Below are positions 8,724 to 18,200 of a DNA stretch of 64,000 nucleotides, in pieces. The stretch comes from Clostridia bacterium. Its GTDB lineage: Bacteria > Bacillota > Clostridia > Christensenellales > CAG-917. The translations under genes were made by a program, and so were the position numbers. Each line of letters opens with the position of its first letter. Position 1 is the first letter of the stretch. Under the pieces are notes generated by a model. That model was not told the origin of the DNA. It saw nothing but the letters and a program-made list of their open reading frames with translations, and did no database searches. The stretch is from positions 18,429-82,428 of the forward strand of contig CAAFLX010000038.1 of NCBI GenBank assembly GCA_900763875.1, given 5' to 3'.

Positions 8724-8946
8724 GTATTGTCCTTGCGGACAGTGATATTGCAACTTCGTTGCAGTGATATGCACGCAGTGCGTGCGTGATATTGTCCTTG
8801 CGGACAATGAGATTGCGGCTGTGCCGCAGTTGTGGATAAATGATATCACTGCGTGATGATATCGTGCAGGCACGATGATATCGCCTGCGGCGGTGATGTC
8901 CAAACATGGTTTGGATTGCGGAAGTAGTTTTGCGGCTGTGCCGCAA
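8724..8946. repeat. R4 array: about 10 tandem short hairpins separated by TGATAT(C)
   Basis: Each unit has a 5-7 bp stem and a 2-4 nt loop, for example atcgtgc-ag-gcacgat. Perfect GATATC sites lie at 8842, 8858 and 8877. The array fills the rlmB to sigma-factor spacer. Confidence 0.85.
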
Positions 8947-8959
8947 GCAAGGAAAAAGT

Positions 8960-9529
8960 ATGGATAAAGAGCAAGAAAAACAGCTTATTAGGCTCGCGCA
9001 ACAAGGCGACGTCGAGGCGGAAAACTCCGTCGCTTTGGCGTACCTCAATCTTGCAAAATCCATTGCGCGCTCGTTTGGCGTGGCAGGTGCGTACGACGTG
9101 GACGACCTTGCAGGCTACGGTATGCTGGGGCTTATCCGCGCAATTCACACCTACGACGAAAACGGCAAGGCAAACTTCAAAACATATGCCTCTCATTGCA
9201 TCAAAAACGCCATAGTTGACGCGGTGCGCAAGTCGGATTCGGGCGCAATCGAAATCAAGCTCGACAGCGTGGGCGACGAGATTCAAAGCGAAATGCAAGA
9301 GGCAAACCCCGAAAGCATATTTATTGAAAACGAAACGTCAACATTGCTGTTTGAGGCAATCTCCTCACTGCTCACCCCCACCGAACTCGACGTGTTGAAA
9401 CTGCATCTTGAATGTGTGAGCTATGCCGACATTGCAAAAGAACTGGGCTTGGAGCGCAAAAAAGTGGACAACACAATCTATTCGGCAAAGAAAAAAATCC
9501 GCAAACTTCTTGACAAGGAAAACGAATGA
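8960..9529 (+). CDS. RNA polymerase sigma-70 family factor, SigH-like
   Basis: Region 2 reads GMLGLIRAIHTYD and the region 4 HTH reads VSYADIAKELGLERKKVDNTIYSAKKKI. Its position after mrnC-rlmB matches Bacillus sigH. The start is the ATG at 8960. Confidence 0.8.
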   Translation: MDKEQEKQLIRLAQQGDVEAENSVALAYLNLAKSIARSFGVAGAYDVDDLAGYGMLGLIRAIHTYDENGKANFKTYASHCIKNAIVDAVRKSDSGAIEIKLDSVGDEIQSEMQEANPESIFIENETSTLLFEAISSLLTPTELDVLKLHLECVSYADIAKELGLERKKVDNTIYSAKKKIRKLLDKENE

Positions 9530-9586
9530 AACAGACAATCTAACCGTTTGAAATTGAAAGCATCAACTTTTTGGTATAACAAAAGC

Positions 9587-9618
9587 GCGACTCAATCGAG
9601 TCGCACTTTTGTTTTTTT
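9587..9618. terminator. Bidirectional rho-independent terminator
   Basis: The stem gcgactc/gagtcgc (9587-9604) is flanked by an A-run and ttttgttttttt. It lies between convergent genes. Confidence 0.75.
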
Positions 9619-9627
9619 AAGGTTTGA

Positions 9628-10716
9628 TTATTTGTTGTTTTTGTCTTCAACCTTCGTGAAGTTGATTGTGCCGTTGAGTTCGACGACTGCCTCGTCCTTG
9701 TTTGCATCGTAAACCGCTTTGCCGTTGAGGGTTGCAGTGCCCTTGTAAGAGCCGATCACGGGGACTGTTGCGTTGATTTCGAGGTTGCCGTTCAAAACGA
9801 ACTCGCCTGCGTTGTCAGTGCCTGCTGCATACACGTTGATGGTTGCAACAAAGTCAACGGAGGTGACACCGGTCACGCTTGCGCTGCCGTTGATGGTGAC
9901 GATTGCGCCGTATTTCTTGTTGTCGAGCTTGCCGACTTCAACAGAAAGACCTGCTTTTGCACCGAGCGTTTCACTGATGCCTGCGCCTGCGCCCATTTCG
10001 ATCTTGACAGTGCCTTTTGCGGTTGCGTATGCTTGGATGTTTGCAAATGCGTTTGCACTATCGTTTGCACCTGCGCTTGCGCCGAAGGTGAAGATGGTTG
10101 TGTCTTTTGCTTTGTCAAAGGATGCTTTGCCGCTGAAAGAGGTGAGGAAAACTTCTTTTGCCTCTGCATCGTCTGCGCCCTTGACAACGAGGGTCACTTT
10201 TGCGTCAAAGGAGTAATCCTTTTTGCCTTCAAGCTCTGCGCCTTCGGAAAGTTTGATGTAAAGAGCAAGCTCGCGAGTGGTTTCTTTGCCGGTCTTTTCG
10301 TCAACATAGGTGTAAGAGATTGAGTACTTTTCGGTGTATTCTGCATCGTTGGAATCAACCTTTTCAACCTTGATGCCGTTGTCGTTGAGGACGGTGTCGA
10401 GTTTGTCAACCATGCTTTGAATTGCGGGTTGGAGTGCTTTGCCGATGCCTGCTGCCATAAGTTCAGAACCAAAACTGAGGGAAGCTCCGTTGCTCACGTC
10501 GAGGTTGACGCCTGCTTTGAAGGTTGCGTCTGCTTTGTCGTCTGCCGCAGTTGTCGCACCTCCCGTCATTTGTGATGCCATGACGGCTACGGTTGTGCCG
10601 AGAACTTCTGCGTTGGATGCTTTGCCCGAATCCTTGGGGTTGCACGCTACGAATGCAACGAGAGAGAGGGAAACGACAAGTACAAGTGCCAATACTGATG
10701 CTGCTACTTTTTTCAT
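9628..10716 (-). CDS. Hypothetical lipoprotein (Ala/Gly/Thr-rich, beta-rich)
   Basis: Has the lipobox SLVAFVAC-N and a long ORF with consistent composition. Confidence 0.75.
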   Translation of the reverse strand: MKKVAASVLALVLVVSLSLVAFVACNPKDSGKASNAEVLGTTVAVMASQMTGGATTAADDKADATFKAGVNLDVSNGASLSFGSELMAAGIGKALQPAIQSMVDKLDTVLNDNGIKVEKVDSNDAEYTEKYSISYTYVDEKTGKETTRELALYIKLSEGAELEGKKDYSFDAKVTLVVKGADDAEAKEVFLTSFSGKASFDKAKDTTIFTFGASAGANDSANAFANIQAYATAKGTVKIEMGAGAGISETLGAKAGLSVEVGKLDNKKYGAIVTINGSASVTGVTSVDFVATINVYAAGTDNAGEFVLNGNLEINATVPVIGSYKGTATLNGKAVYDANKDEAVVELNGTINFTKVEDKNNK

Positions 10717-11032
10717 AATATGTCTCCTTTTTGTTTTTCACGTTTGGATTTGCAATTCCTGATTGCACCAATAGAATACGACGCGCAAGTAAATTTGGAC
10801 TAAAAGCAACATAAAGATTGTCTTAAAATCCGATTAAGCGCGCGGATTTTGGCAAATCTCCATATTTTTTTGCGCGTGCGCGAGCATGGAACGTCTACTT
10901 TGCAGATTGTTGGACACCAACTTGACAATTCCGTTTGACAAATATAATTTATTAATATATTATTATTTGAGCATCTAATGATGCGTTTTCCTTTCCCGAA
11001 AGGGACACAAGACCAAAAGGAGGTATAATATC

Positions 11033-11314
11033 ATGGATAAGTACGAGGTTCTCTACATCGTTCGCGGCGACCTTGACGACGACAAGAAAAATCAAGTTGT
11101 TGAAAAATTCGAAAACTTGGTTTCCACTCTCGGCGGCACTGTTGACAGCTTGGACAAATGGGGCATGAGAAAGTTTGCTTACGAAATCAACAAGCAAACC
11201 GAAGGCTACTACGTTCTTATGAACGTCACCTGCTCAATTGATGCTCAATCAGAACTTGACAGATACATGCGCAACGACGAAAACGTCGTCAGACAAATGA
11301 TCATCAAGAAGTAA
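11033..11314 (+). CDS. rpsF: 30S ribosomal protein S6
   Basis: Begins MDKYEVLYIV and contains WGMRKFAYEI. It is part of an rpsF-ssb-rpsR operon. Confidence 0.95.
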   Translation: MDKYEVLYIVRGDLDDDKKNQVVEKFENLVSTLGGTVDSLDKWGMRKFAYEINKQTEGYYVLMNVTCSIDAQSELDRYMRNDENVVRQMIIKK

Positions 11315-11332
11315 TCGACAAGGAGAAACACT

Positions 11333-11716
11333 ATGAACAAAGTTTTTTTGATCGGCAATTTGACAAAGGATCCGGAACTCGCATCCACAAACAGCGGCAT
11401 CAAATTTTGCAGATTTACACTTGCTGTGTCTCGTTCCTACTCTAAAGACGGCAAGAGAGAAACAGATTTTCTCCCCGTCGTGGTTTGGAGAGCGCAAGCC
11501 GACAACTGCGCACGCTACCTCAAAAAAGGCAGCAAAGCGGCCATCAGCGGCAGCATCCAAACAAGAAGCTATGACACGCAAGACGGTTCTCGTCGTTACG
11601 TCACCGAAATCGCGGCTGACGAGGTGCAATTCCTCTCCACCAAGAGTGACGAACAAAGCAATGACGACGTCGATTTCGACGACCTCAAGCCCATCGACGA
11701 AGACCTTCCATTCTAA
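11333..11716 (+). CDS. ssb: Single-stranded DNA-binding protein
   Basis: Has the OB fold sequence MNKVFLIGNLTKDPEL and an acidic tail ending in DLPF. Confidence 0.95.
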   Translation: MNKVFLIGNLTKDPELASTNSGIKFCRFTLAVSRSYSKDGKRETDFLPVVVWRAQADNCARYLKKGSKAAISGSIQTRSYDTQDGSRRYVTEIAADEVQFLSTKSDEQSNDDVDFDDLKPIDEDLPF

Positions 11717-11735
11717 TTTTTAAGGAGTATTGAAA

Positions 11736-11984
11736 ATGGCAGAAGAAGTTAAAGCACCCCGCGCTCCCAAGAGAGTGCCCAAAAAGAAAGTGTGCACGTT
11801 CTGCGTCGACCACATCGATGACATCGACTACAAGGACGTTGCAAAACTCCGTCGTTTCATCACCGAGAAAGGCAAAATCCTTCCCCGTCGTATGAGCGGC
11901 GTTTGCGCAAAGCACCAAAGAACTCTCGCTGTTGCAATTAAGAGGGCTAGAGTTATGGCTTTGCTCCCGTACAAAGCAGACTAA
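11736..11984 (+). CDS. rpsR: 30S ribosomal protein S18
   Basis: Contains KKKVCTFC and [21 protein letters not shown]. The ATG at 11736 follows aaggag. Confidence 0.95.
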   Translation: MAEEVKAPRAPKRVPKKKVCTFCVDHIDDIDYKDVAKLRRFITEKGKILPRRMSGVCAKHQRTLAVAIKRARVMALLPYKAD

Positions 11985-12057
11985 AAGTTTTTGCAAGCTT
12001 ACAAAAGACACGCATTTGCGTGTCTTTCTTTTATTTGCAAAAACTTTTAGTCTTCTA

Positions 12058-12136
12058 CCGCGCAGAAAATCTTTGCTATCAGTTCGAGCACGGACAAAAA
12101 CTCCTGCCACAATTTCGCAAGATTGTCTGCTTGCTG
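12058..12136 (-). repeat. R3 hairpin repeat (isolated copy, inverted)
   Basis: The reverse complement matches caagcagaMaatcttgcgaaattgtggcaggagtttttg...aactgatagcaaagattttctgcg, which also occurs at 29079 and 34669. Confidence 0.85.
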
Positions 12137-12228
12137 CCCCCCTGAATTGGGGTTGCCTGTCAAGGGGCTTTTTCTTGCTCTTTATCCAATCTGTGGCGTT
12201 TAGTTTTTATATAATGATAACATATCGC

Positions 12229-12258
12229 AAAAACAGCACGCAGATTGCGTGCTGTTTT
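12229..12258. terminator. Bidirectional rho-independent terminator
   Basis: The stem acagcacgca/tgcgtgctgt has an A-run and a T-run on either side. Confidence 0.75.
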
Positions 12259-12277
12259 GTGATTGTGCGATTGTTTT

Positions 12278-13543
12278 TTATGTTTTGCTAGAGCCTGTCA
12301 GCCCTATCAGATTTTTCTCTTGCGACCACTCCTTTTGCGAATTGATTGCAAGTTTGCCGTCTTTGTCTACGCTTACAACAACATGTCCGTTGTTGTCGGT
12401 GCGATACACAAAAATGTTCCTTTCTTTAAATCTGTCAAGCGTGTTTTGACGAGGGTGATTGAACTTGTTGCCCACTGCATTGCAACTTATGATTGCGTAT
12501 TCAAACGTGTAGGCGTCCAAAAACTTGGGTATCGAGGACGTTTCGCTGCCGTGATGTCCCACCTTCAAAACGTCGCAATCAATTTTGCCCGTGCGTTGGG
12601 CAACAAGAGGTTCGTTTATCTCGTTGCTGTCGCCCGTAAGCACGATTCTTCGGCTGTTATACTCCAAAATTCCTATCGGCGAGATTGCATTTTTGCGTTC
12701 TGCCGTTGAGAGATTGGTGTCGTCATAATATTGTTGCGTTGGGCAATAAAACGTCAGTTTGTAGGTTGTTTCCTCAATCACGATTGCGTTGGTTGACTCG
12801 TCGGGATCAACGTTTAGCACTATTTCACAATTAGGCTCGGTGAGCGCGGCAATGAAAAACTCCGCATATGTTCTCGAATCCACGGTGTCTTTGTCCGTGA
12901 ACATATCGGTGTTGAGATTGTCTATTTGCTCTTGCAGTTGTGCCTTTATTGTCGAGTCTGTACCCGGTGCTGCCAACACGTTCGGCATAAAAATTTTGTT
13001 CACTTGATAGCGATCCAGCAAATTGTCCATATAGTAAACGTGGTCGCTGTCGCAATGGGTGAGCATAAGATATTCAATGGTGTTGTCGCTGATATACTTG
13101 TCAAGATAGTCAAAGGCTTGCGTTTGATAGGTGCGGTTATCATTGAAATTGCCGCAATCAATCACCATATCTTTGCCGTCGGGGAATTTGATGTAGATAC
13201 AATCCCCTTGCCCCACGTCAATCATATGCACAAACAAATCCCCTTCTCCTTGTGCAAGAGGCGGTGTATCGCCGCCGGGGGTGTCGCCGCCGGGGGTATC
13301 GCCGCCGGGTTTGTTGCCCTTTATGGACGAGATGATGCTATCCCAAGTGTCGGGGAATGCAAAATATACCACCGCCGTGGCGATTGCCGCAACAAGTATG
13401 ATTGCAACCACGGAGATGATAAACGCCTTCGGATTTGCCTTGTACGCCTTCTTTGCCGCCTTTTTGGCTTGGGTTGCCGCCGTCTTGGAAGATTGCGCTT
13501 TGCCGTTTGATTTCGAGTTTGTGTTTGTAGATTTCTTTGCCAT
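12278..13543 (-). CDS. ComEC/Rec2-related metallo-beta-lactamase fold protein, membrane anchored
   Basis: Contains HMIDVGQGDCIYI, LTHCDSDHV and KVGHHGSETSS, with a Lys-rich N-terminus and a TM helix. The start is the ATG at 13543. Confidence 0.8.
   Translation of the reverse strand: MAKKSTNTNSKSNGKAQSSKTAATQAKKAAKKAYKANPKAFIISVVAIILVAAIATAVVYFAFPDTWDSIISSIKGNKPGGDTPGGDTPGGDTPPLAQGEGDLFVHMIDVGQGDCIYIKFPDGKDMVIDCGNFNDNRTYQTQAFDYLDKYISDNTIEYLMLTHCDSDHVYYMDNLLDRYQVNKIFMPNVLAAPGTDSTIKAQLQEQIDNLNTDMFTDKDTVDSRTYAEFFIAALTEPNCEIVLNVDPDESTNAIVIEETTYKLTFYCPTQQYYDDTNLSTAERKNAISPIGILEYNSRRIVLTGDSNEINEPLVAQRTGKIDCDVLKVGHHGSETSSIPKFLDAYTFEYAIISCNAVGNKFNHPRQNTLDRFKERNIFVYRTDNNGHVVVSVDKDGKLAINSQKEWSQEKNLIGLTGSSKT
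13265..13309 (-). repeat. 15-bp tandem repeat x3 inside a CDS (encodes PGGDT x3 in the linker)
   Basis: The three units are gtatcgccgccgggg, gtgtcgccgccgggg and gtatcgccgccgggt. Confidence 0.9.
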
Positions 13544-13669
13544 ATTCACATTATATAAAAGATGTCGAAAAATGGCAATCCTCAAAATTACCTCTTGCAA
13601 AATTTTTGGTTTTGGCAATGCTATTTGCCCCGTTTCGACACGCTTTTGTCGTTTTTTCAACATTTTCGT

Positions 13670-13698
13670 TTTACAAGGCGAGATTTACAGTATATAAT
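13670..13698 (+). promoter_or_regulatory. Candidate sigma-A promoter for proS (TTTACA, 17-nt spacer, TATAAT)
   Basis: tttaca at 13670-13675 and tataat at 13693-13698. Confidence 0.5.
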
Positions 13699-13749
13699 AT
13701 CAACAAAGTATATTATATATATTATTATCCTTATGGATAGAGGCAGGCT

Positions 13750-15189
13750 ATGGCTAAAGAAAAGGAACAATTCGTCAAAGAAATCACGGATATGACCGTG
13801 AATTTCCCCCAATGGTACACCGACGTGGTGCTTAAAACAGAACTTGTGGACTACGGCCCTGTCAAGGGTACGATGGTCATTCGCCCATACGGCTACGAGA
13901 TTTGGGAGCATATTCAAGAGGAACTCAACGCAAGGTTCAAAGCAACGGGACACAAAAACGCATACTTCCCGATGTTTATCCCGTATAGTTTTCTCGTCAA
14001 AGAGGCGGATCACGTCGAGGGTTTTGCGCCCGAAGTCGCGCTCGTCACACATATCGGCAACACGCCCCTCGAAGAACAACTCGTTGTTCGTCCTACGTCT
14101 GAAACCATCATCTGCTCGATGTACGCAAAGTGGGTGAAGAGCTATCGCGATTTGCCCGTGCTCATCAACCAATGGGCAAACGTCGTGCGTTGGGAAAAAA
14201 CCACTCGTCCCTTCCTGCGTACAAGCGAATTCCTCTGGCAAGAAGGTCACACCCTTCACCAAACCGAGGAGGAGGCAAGAGAGGAAACCCTCAAAATGCT
14301 CGAAGTGTACCGTGAGTTTATGCAAAACGTGCTTGCGATCGACGTTTTGGTCGGTCAAAAATCCGAAAAAGAAAAGTTTGCCGGCGCGGTTGACACCTAC
14401 ACTATGGAGGCTATGATGCTCGACGGCAAGGCTTTGCAATCAGGTACGTCCCACTACCTCGGACAAAACTTTGCATCCGCTTTTGAAATCAAATATCTCG
14501 ACAAAGACGGTCAACTCAAAAACCCCTACCAAACAAGCTGGGGCGTGTCCACCCGTCTTATCGGCGCGCTCATTATGGCGCACGGCGACCAGCGCGGACT
14601 CAAACTCCCTCCGAGAGTTGCACCCTATCAAGTCGTGGTCGTCCCCGTCGCCGCTCACAAAGAGGGCGTAACCGAAAAAGCGCAAGAGGTTGCAAACACC
14701 CTTCGCAACGCAAACGTCAGAGTTATGCTCGACGATAGAGAGCAATCCCCCGGCTGGAAATTCAACGAATGGGAAATGAAAGGCGTGCCTGTGCGTCTTG
14801 AAATCGGGCCTCGCGACATAGAAAACGGGCAAGTTATGATTGCTCGCCGCGATACGCACGACAAATTCGCCGTCAAAATCGACGACCTCGCAACCGAAAT
14901 CCCCGCGCTTCTTGACGATATTCAACAAAATATGTTCAAGCAATCGCACGACTTTTTGCACTCGCACATCGTCACTTGCCACTCCCTCGACGAGATGAAA
15001 GACGCTCTTGACAACCACAACTTTGTCAAAGCTATGTGGTGCGGCGACCGCGCGTGCGAGGACAAAATCAAAGAGCAATTCTCCGCAACCTCGCGTTGTA
15101 TGCCCTTTGACCAAACTCCCGTCGGCGACGTATGCCCCGTATGCGGAAAGCCTGCTCACAAAGTGATTTACTTTGCACGCGCATACTGA
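13750..15189 (+). CDS. proS: Proline--tRNA ligase (archaeal/eukaryote-like short form)
   Basis: Contains FPQWYTDVVLKTELVDYGPVKGTMVIRPYG, class II motifs and a C-terminal zinc-binding domain. Confidence 0.95.
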   Translation: MAKEKEQFVKEITDMTVNFPQWYTDVVLKTELVDYGPVKGTMVIRPYGYEIWEHIQEELNARFKATGHKNAYFPMFIPYSFLVKEADHVEGFAPEVALVTHIGNTPLEEQLVVRPTSETIICSMYAKWVKSYRDLPVLINQWANVVRWEKTTRPFLRTSEFLWQEGHTLHQTEEEAREETLKMLEVYREFMQNVLAIDVLVGQKSEKEKFAGAVDTYTMEAMMLDGKALQSGTSHYLGQNFASAFEIKYLDKDGQLKNPYQTSWGVSTRLIGALIMAHGDQRGLKLPPRVAPYQVVVVPVAAHKEGVTEKAQEVANTLRNANVRVMLDDREQSPGWKFNEWEMKGVPVRLEIGPRDIENGQVMIARRDTHDKFAVKIDDLATEIPALLDDIQQNMFKQSHDFLHSHIVTCHSLDEMKDALDNHNFVKAMWCGDRACEDKIKEQFSATSRCMPFDQTPVGDVCPVCGKPAHKVIYFARAY

Positions 15190-15237
15190 TTCGTTTGGCA
15201 CATCGCCCCGACTAAAACCAAAAACAACTTGAAAAAA

Positions 15238-15261
15238 GGCACTCGGTTGAGTGCCTTTTTT
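15238..15261. terminator. Bidirectional rho-independent terminator
   Basis: The stem ggcactc/gagtgcc is flanked by aaaaaa and tttttt. Confidence 0.8.
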
Positions 15262-15275
15262 GTATGGGTTTGAAG

Positions 15276-18200
15276 TTAGCGGTCAAAATTTTTGATTATG
15301 CATGCGTCGCAAATTTCGTTGCCGTACGGTTTGAAAACGTCGCATACGTCCGCCGTTTCGTTGTCACCCTTGACAACTCCGTCACCGTCGTGGTCGTGCG
15401 CCTTGTCGGCACATTTGCACAGCGTGTAGGTTTTGCGCGCCGCAACTCCCAGATCCCAAGACAGTTCTCTCTTCACGTTGTCCCACTCTTTGTCCGAACC
15501 TTTGAAATAAATTGCCTTCAATCTCGTGCAACCTGCAAAAGCCTCTTTGTCAATATGTTTGAGCGAGGACGGGAGCGTAAGTTTTTTGAGGTTGTTCATT
15601 CTCAAAAACGCGTGAGTTGCAATGCCCACCGTGCCGTCCTTGATTTCAAGATCCACCACGCTCGACTTGTCCCCTCGATATTCATACGCAACCTTGCCGA
15701 TATACAAAATTCCGTTTTCGTTTTCTTTGTCGGCATAATACTTTGTGTGGGCAAACGCACTGCGCCCTATTGATTGCACGCTGTCCGCAACCGACACCGT
15801 TTGCAAATTTTCCGCCATATAGAACGCCTTTGCTCCAATGCTTTTCACACCGCTTTCGATGATGACTTGTTTGAGTGCGCTGTGCGCAAACGCAAACTCC
15901 CCGATTGTTTTGACATTGGACGGAATGGTCATGCTTTCGGCTTGAGTGTATGCAAACGCACCTTTGCCAACGGACGTGACGTCAAATATCTTGGTTTTTC
16001 CGTCGCTTCCGCCCCACACGAAGTCTTTTGAAATCGTGCCGTTGTCAAATGCGGCAACGAGCGTATGCGTGTTTTTGTCAATCAAGCAGTTGCTTTTGAA
16101 AATAAATGTTGCGTTGCCCTCTGCCACGACAAGCGTTTTAATCGGGCAGTGCCAAAACGCTCCTACCCCGATTTCTCGGACAGACGCAGGGATTGTCAGA
16201 CTTGTGATTTGCAACCCCTCGAACGCTCTATCGCCGATTTTCTTTACGCCCTCGCCTATGGTCAGGTCGGGAACTTTCATATCGGCTAACAGCCCTGCCT
16301 CTACATCCTCTCCAACAATTTCAACGTTTTGAACATAGGCAACACTGCCCTTTATTTTGGCAATCACTCCTGCAGGAGCAACGAGGCGTTGCAAACTCAA
16401 AGATTTGTCAAAAGCCGTATCGCCGATATTTTGCAAATCGTATGCTTGGCAATCGTTTTCCTTGCGTGTTTGGAACGTGATTTCCGTCAAATTTACGCCT
16501 GCAAACGCGCCGTTTTCAATGGTCGCGACTCTTGAGGGAATTGTGATTTTCGTCAACTGTGTTTTGCCAAATGCATTTTCGCCGATTTGGGTAAGTTGCG
16601 AATCCTCTCCGAACACCACTTCGCTCAAAGTCGAGCCGCTAAACGCGTCCTTGCCTATCGACGTCACGCTTGAGGGAATTGTGACGCTTGCAAGACCTCT
16701 GCTCTCCTGAAAAGCAGAATTGCCGATTTTTGCAATCGTCGCAGGCAAGCTGACGCCGGTGACGTCCAAACCGCTAAACGCATAATCACCGATTTCGGTT
16801 ATGTCGATTTCGTTGCCTTTGTCGTCTGTATATTTTGCAGGAATTTTGCTATTGCTTGCGCCAAGCACGACGGTGCTGCCCTTTATAAGGCAATTGTCGA
16901 TAAGTGTATAGTTTGTGTTCTCACTCGACAATTCGATATTTTTCAAGCCTCCGCCAAATGCGCATGCGCCTATACTCCTCACCCCTTTGGGCAATTTTAC
17001 GGTTTCGATTTTATCCGTCGGCAAAAATCTGCCAAATGCATAATCACCTATATAGGTCAATGATTCGAGCATACTCAAATCCAGCACTTTTTCATTTGTC
17101 GTATTGCCGTACTGCGCAAATGCGTTGTTGCCAATGGTCGTCAATTTGCTGCCCTCTTCAAAATACAAATTGGCAATGCCCGTCAAAAACGCATTATCTT
17201 TGATTGTCGTGACGTGTTGAGGAATTGTGAGCGTTATGTCTGCGCCAACCTGATTAAAACCAATGCTGAACGCCCCCGATTCGATAGTTTCAACTCCCGA
17301 GGGAATAATGCCGAAGCTACTTCCCAAAATCAAAGATTTTTCGTCATAAGATAGCAAACATGTGTCACTTGACTTGTACGCAGGATTGTTTTGCGAAACC
17401 CAAAAGCTCGCAATAAACGTGCCGAAAAACGCATTTTCTCCTATGTGGGTCAGCGTTGACGGAATAATGACGGAAATCGGGCTGACGGGGCGAATTGCGT
17501 TCAAAGAAAATGCCTCGTCTAAAATTCGGGTTGTGCCCTCTTTGAAGGTCAATTTCTTAACTCGAGATGAATCACCCTTAAAACCGCATGCGATATTGCC
17601 AAGATAGACAATGCCGTCAGGTTGGTTTTGATACCAAGCCGTATCGCTTATAAAATCGGATTCAAGCCGTACGTCTTGACCTATTTCAAGCGTAACGGTG
17701 GCAAGATTCTGCATCGTTTCTTTGGTTATCTTTCCACTCAAAATGGTAAGTTTTGAAAGATTCGCCACGGCTTTTGCGGAAAACACGTCTTCAAGCGTTC
17801 CGTTGTCAATGCTAAGCCCTGCAAAGGGTACGCACAATGTTTTTAACGCCGCTTTTTCACCGCCGACAAATGCGTCTTTGCCGATTGACGTGACGCCATC
17901 CAAAATGGTGATTTCATCAAAAGCATTGCCCAAAAACGCTTCGTTGCCGATGGAAGTCAAACTTTTCGGAAACGAAATCGCGCCCGAAAGTTTGTTATCC
18001 TTGAAAGCTCTGTCGCCGATTGATTGCAAGGTTTGAGGAAGCACAATTCTCTCTAGCGATTTGCCGTTGAAAGCGTCGTTTCCGATTCTTTTCACGCCGT
18101 CGGACAAAACCACCTCCGAAAGCGAATCGCAACCTACAAAATCGTTGCTTTTCACCTCGGACACCGAGGACGGAACAACCACCGATTTCAACTTTTTGCA

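Noticed and set aside
8724-8946. CRISPR array hypothesis for the R4 arrays, and for the R2 tandem arrays at 29287-29657 and 34876-35251.
   Set aside because: The R4 repeat unit is only about 7-9 bp, and the intervening 'spacers' are themselves palindromic hairpins. R2 units are ~125 nt long with no unique spacers. No cas genes or leader are present in the window.
10958-11032. A ribosomal-protein S6/S18 autoregulatory leader upstream of rpsF.
   Set aside because: Small hairpins are visible (gcatc-taa-tgatgc and ttccc-gaaa-gggac), but I cannot match them confidently to the published motif by eye. I left the region unannotated.
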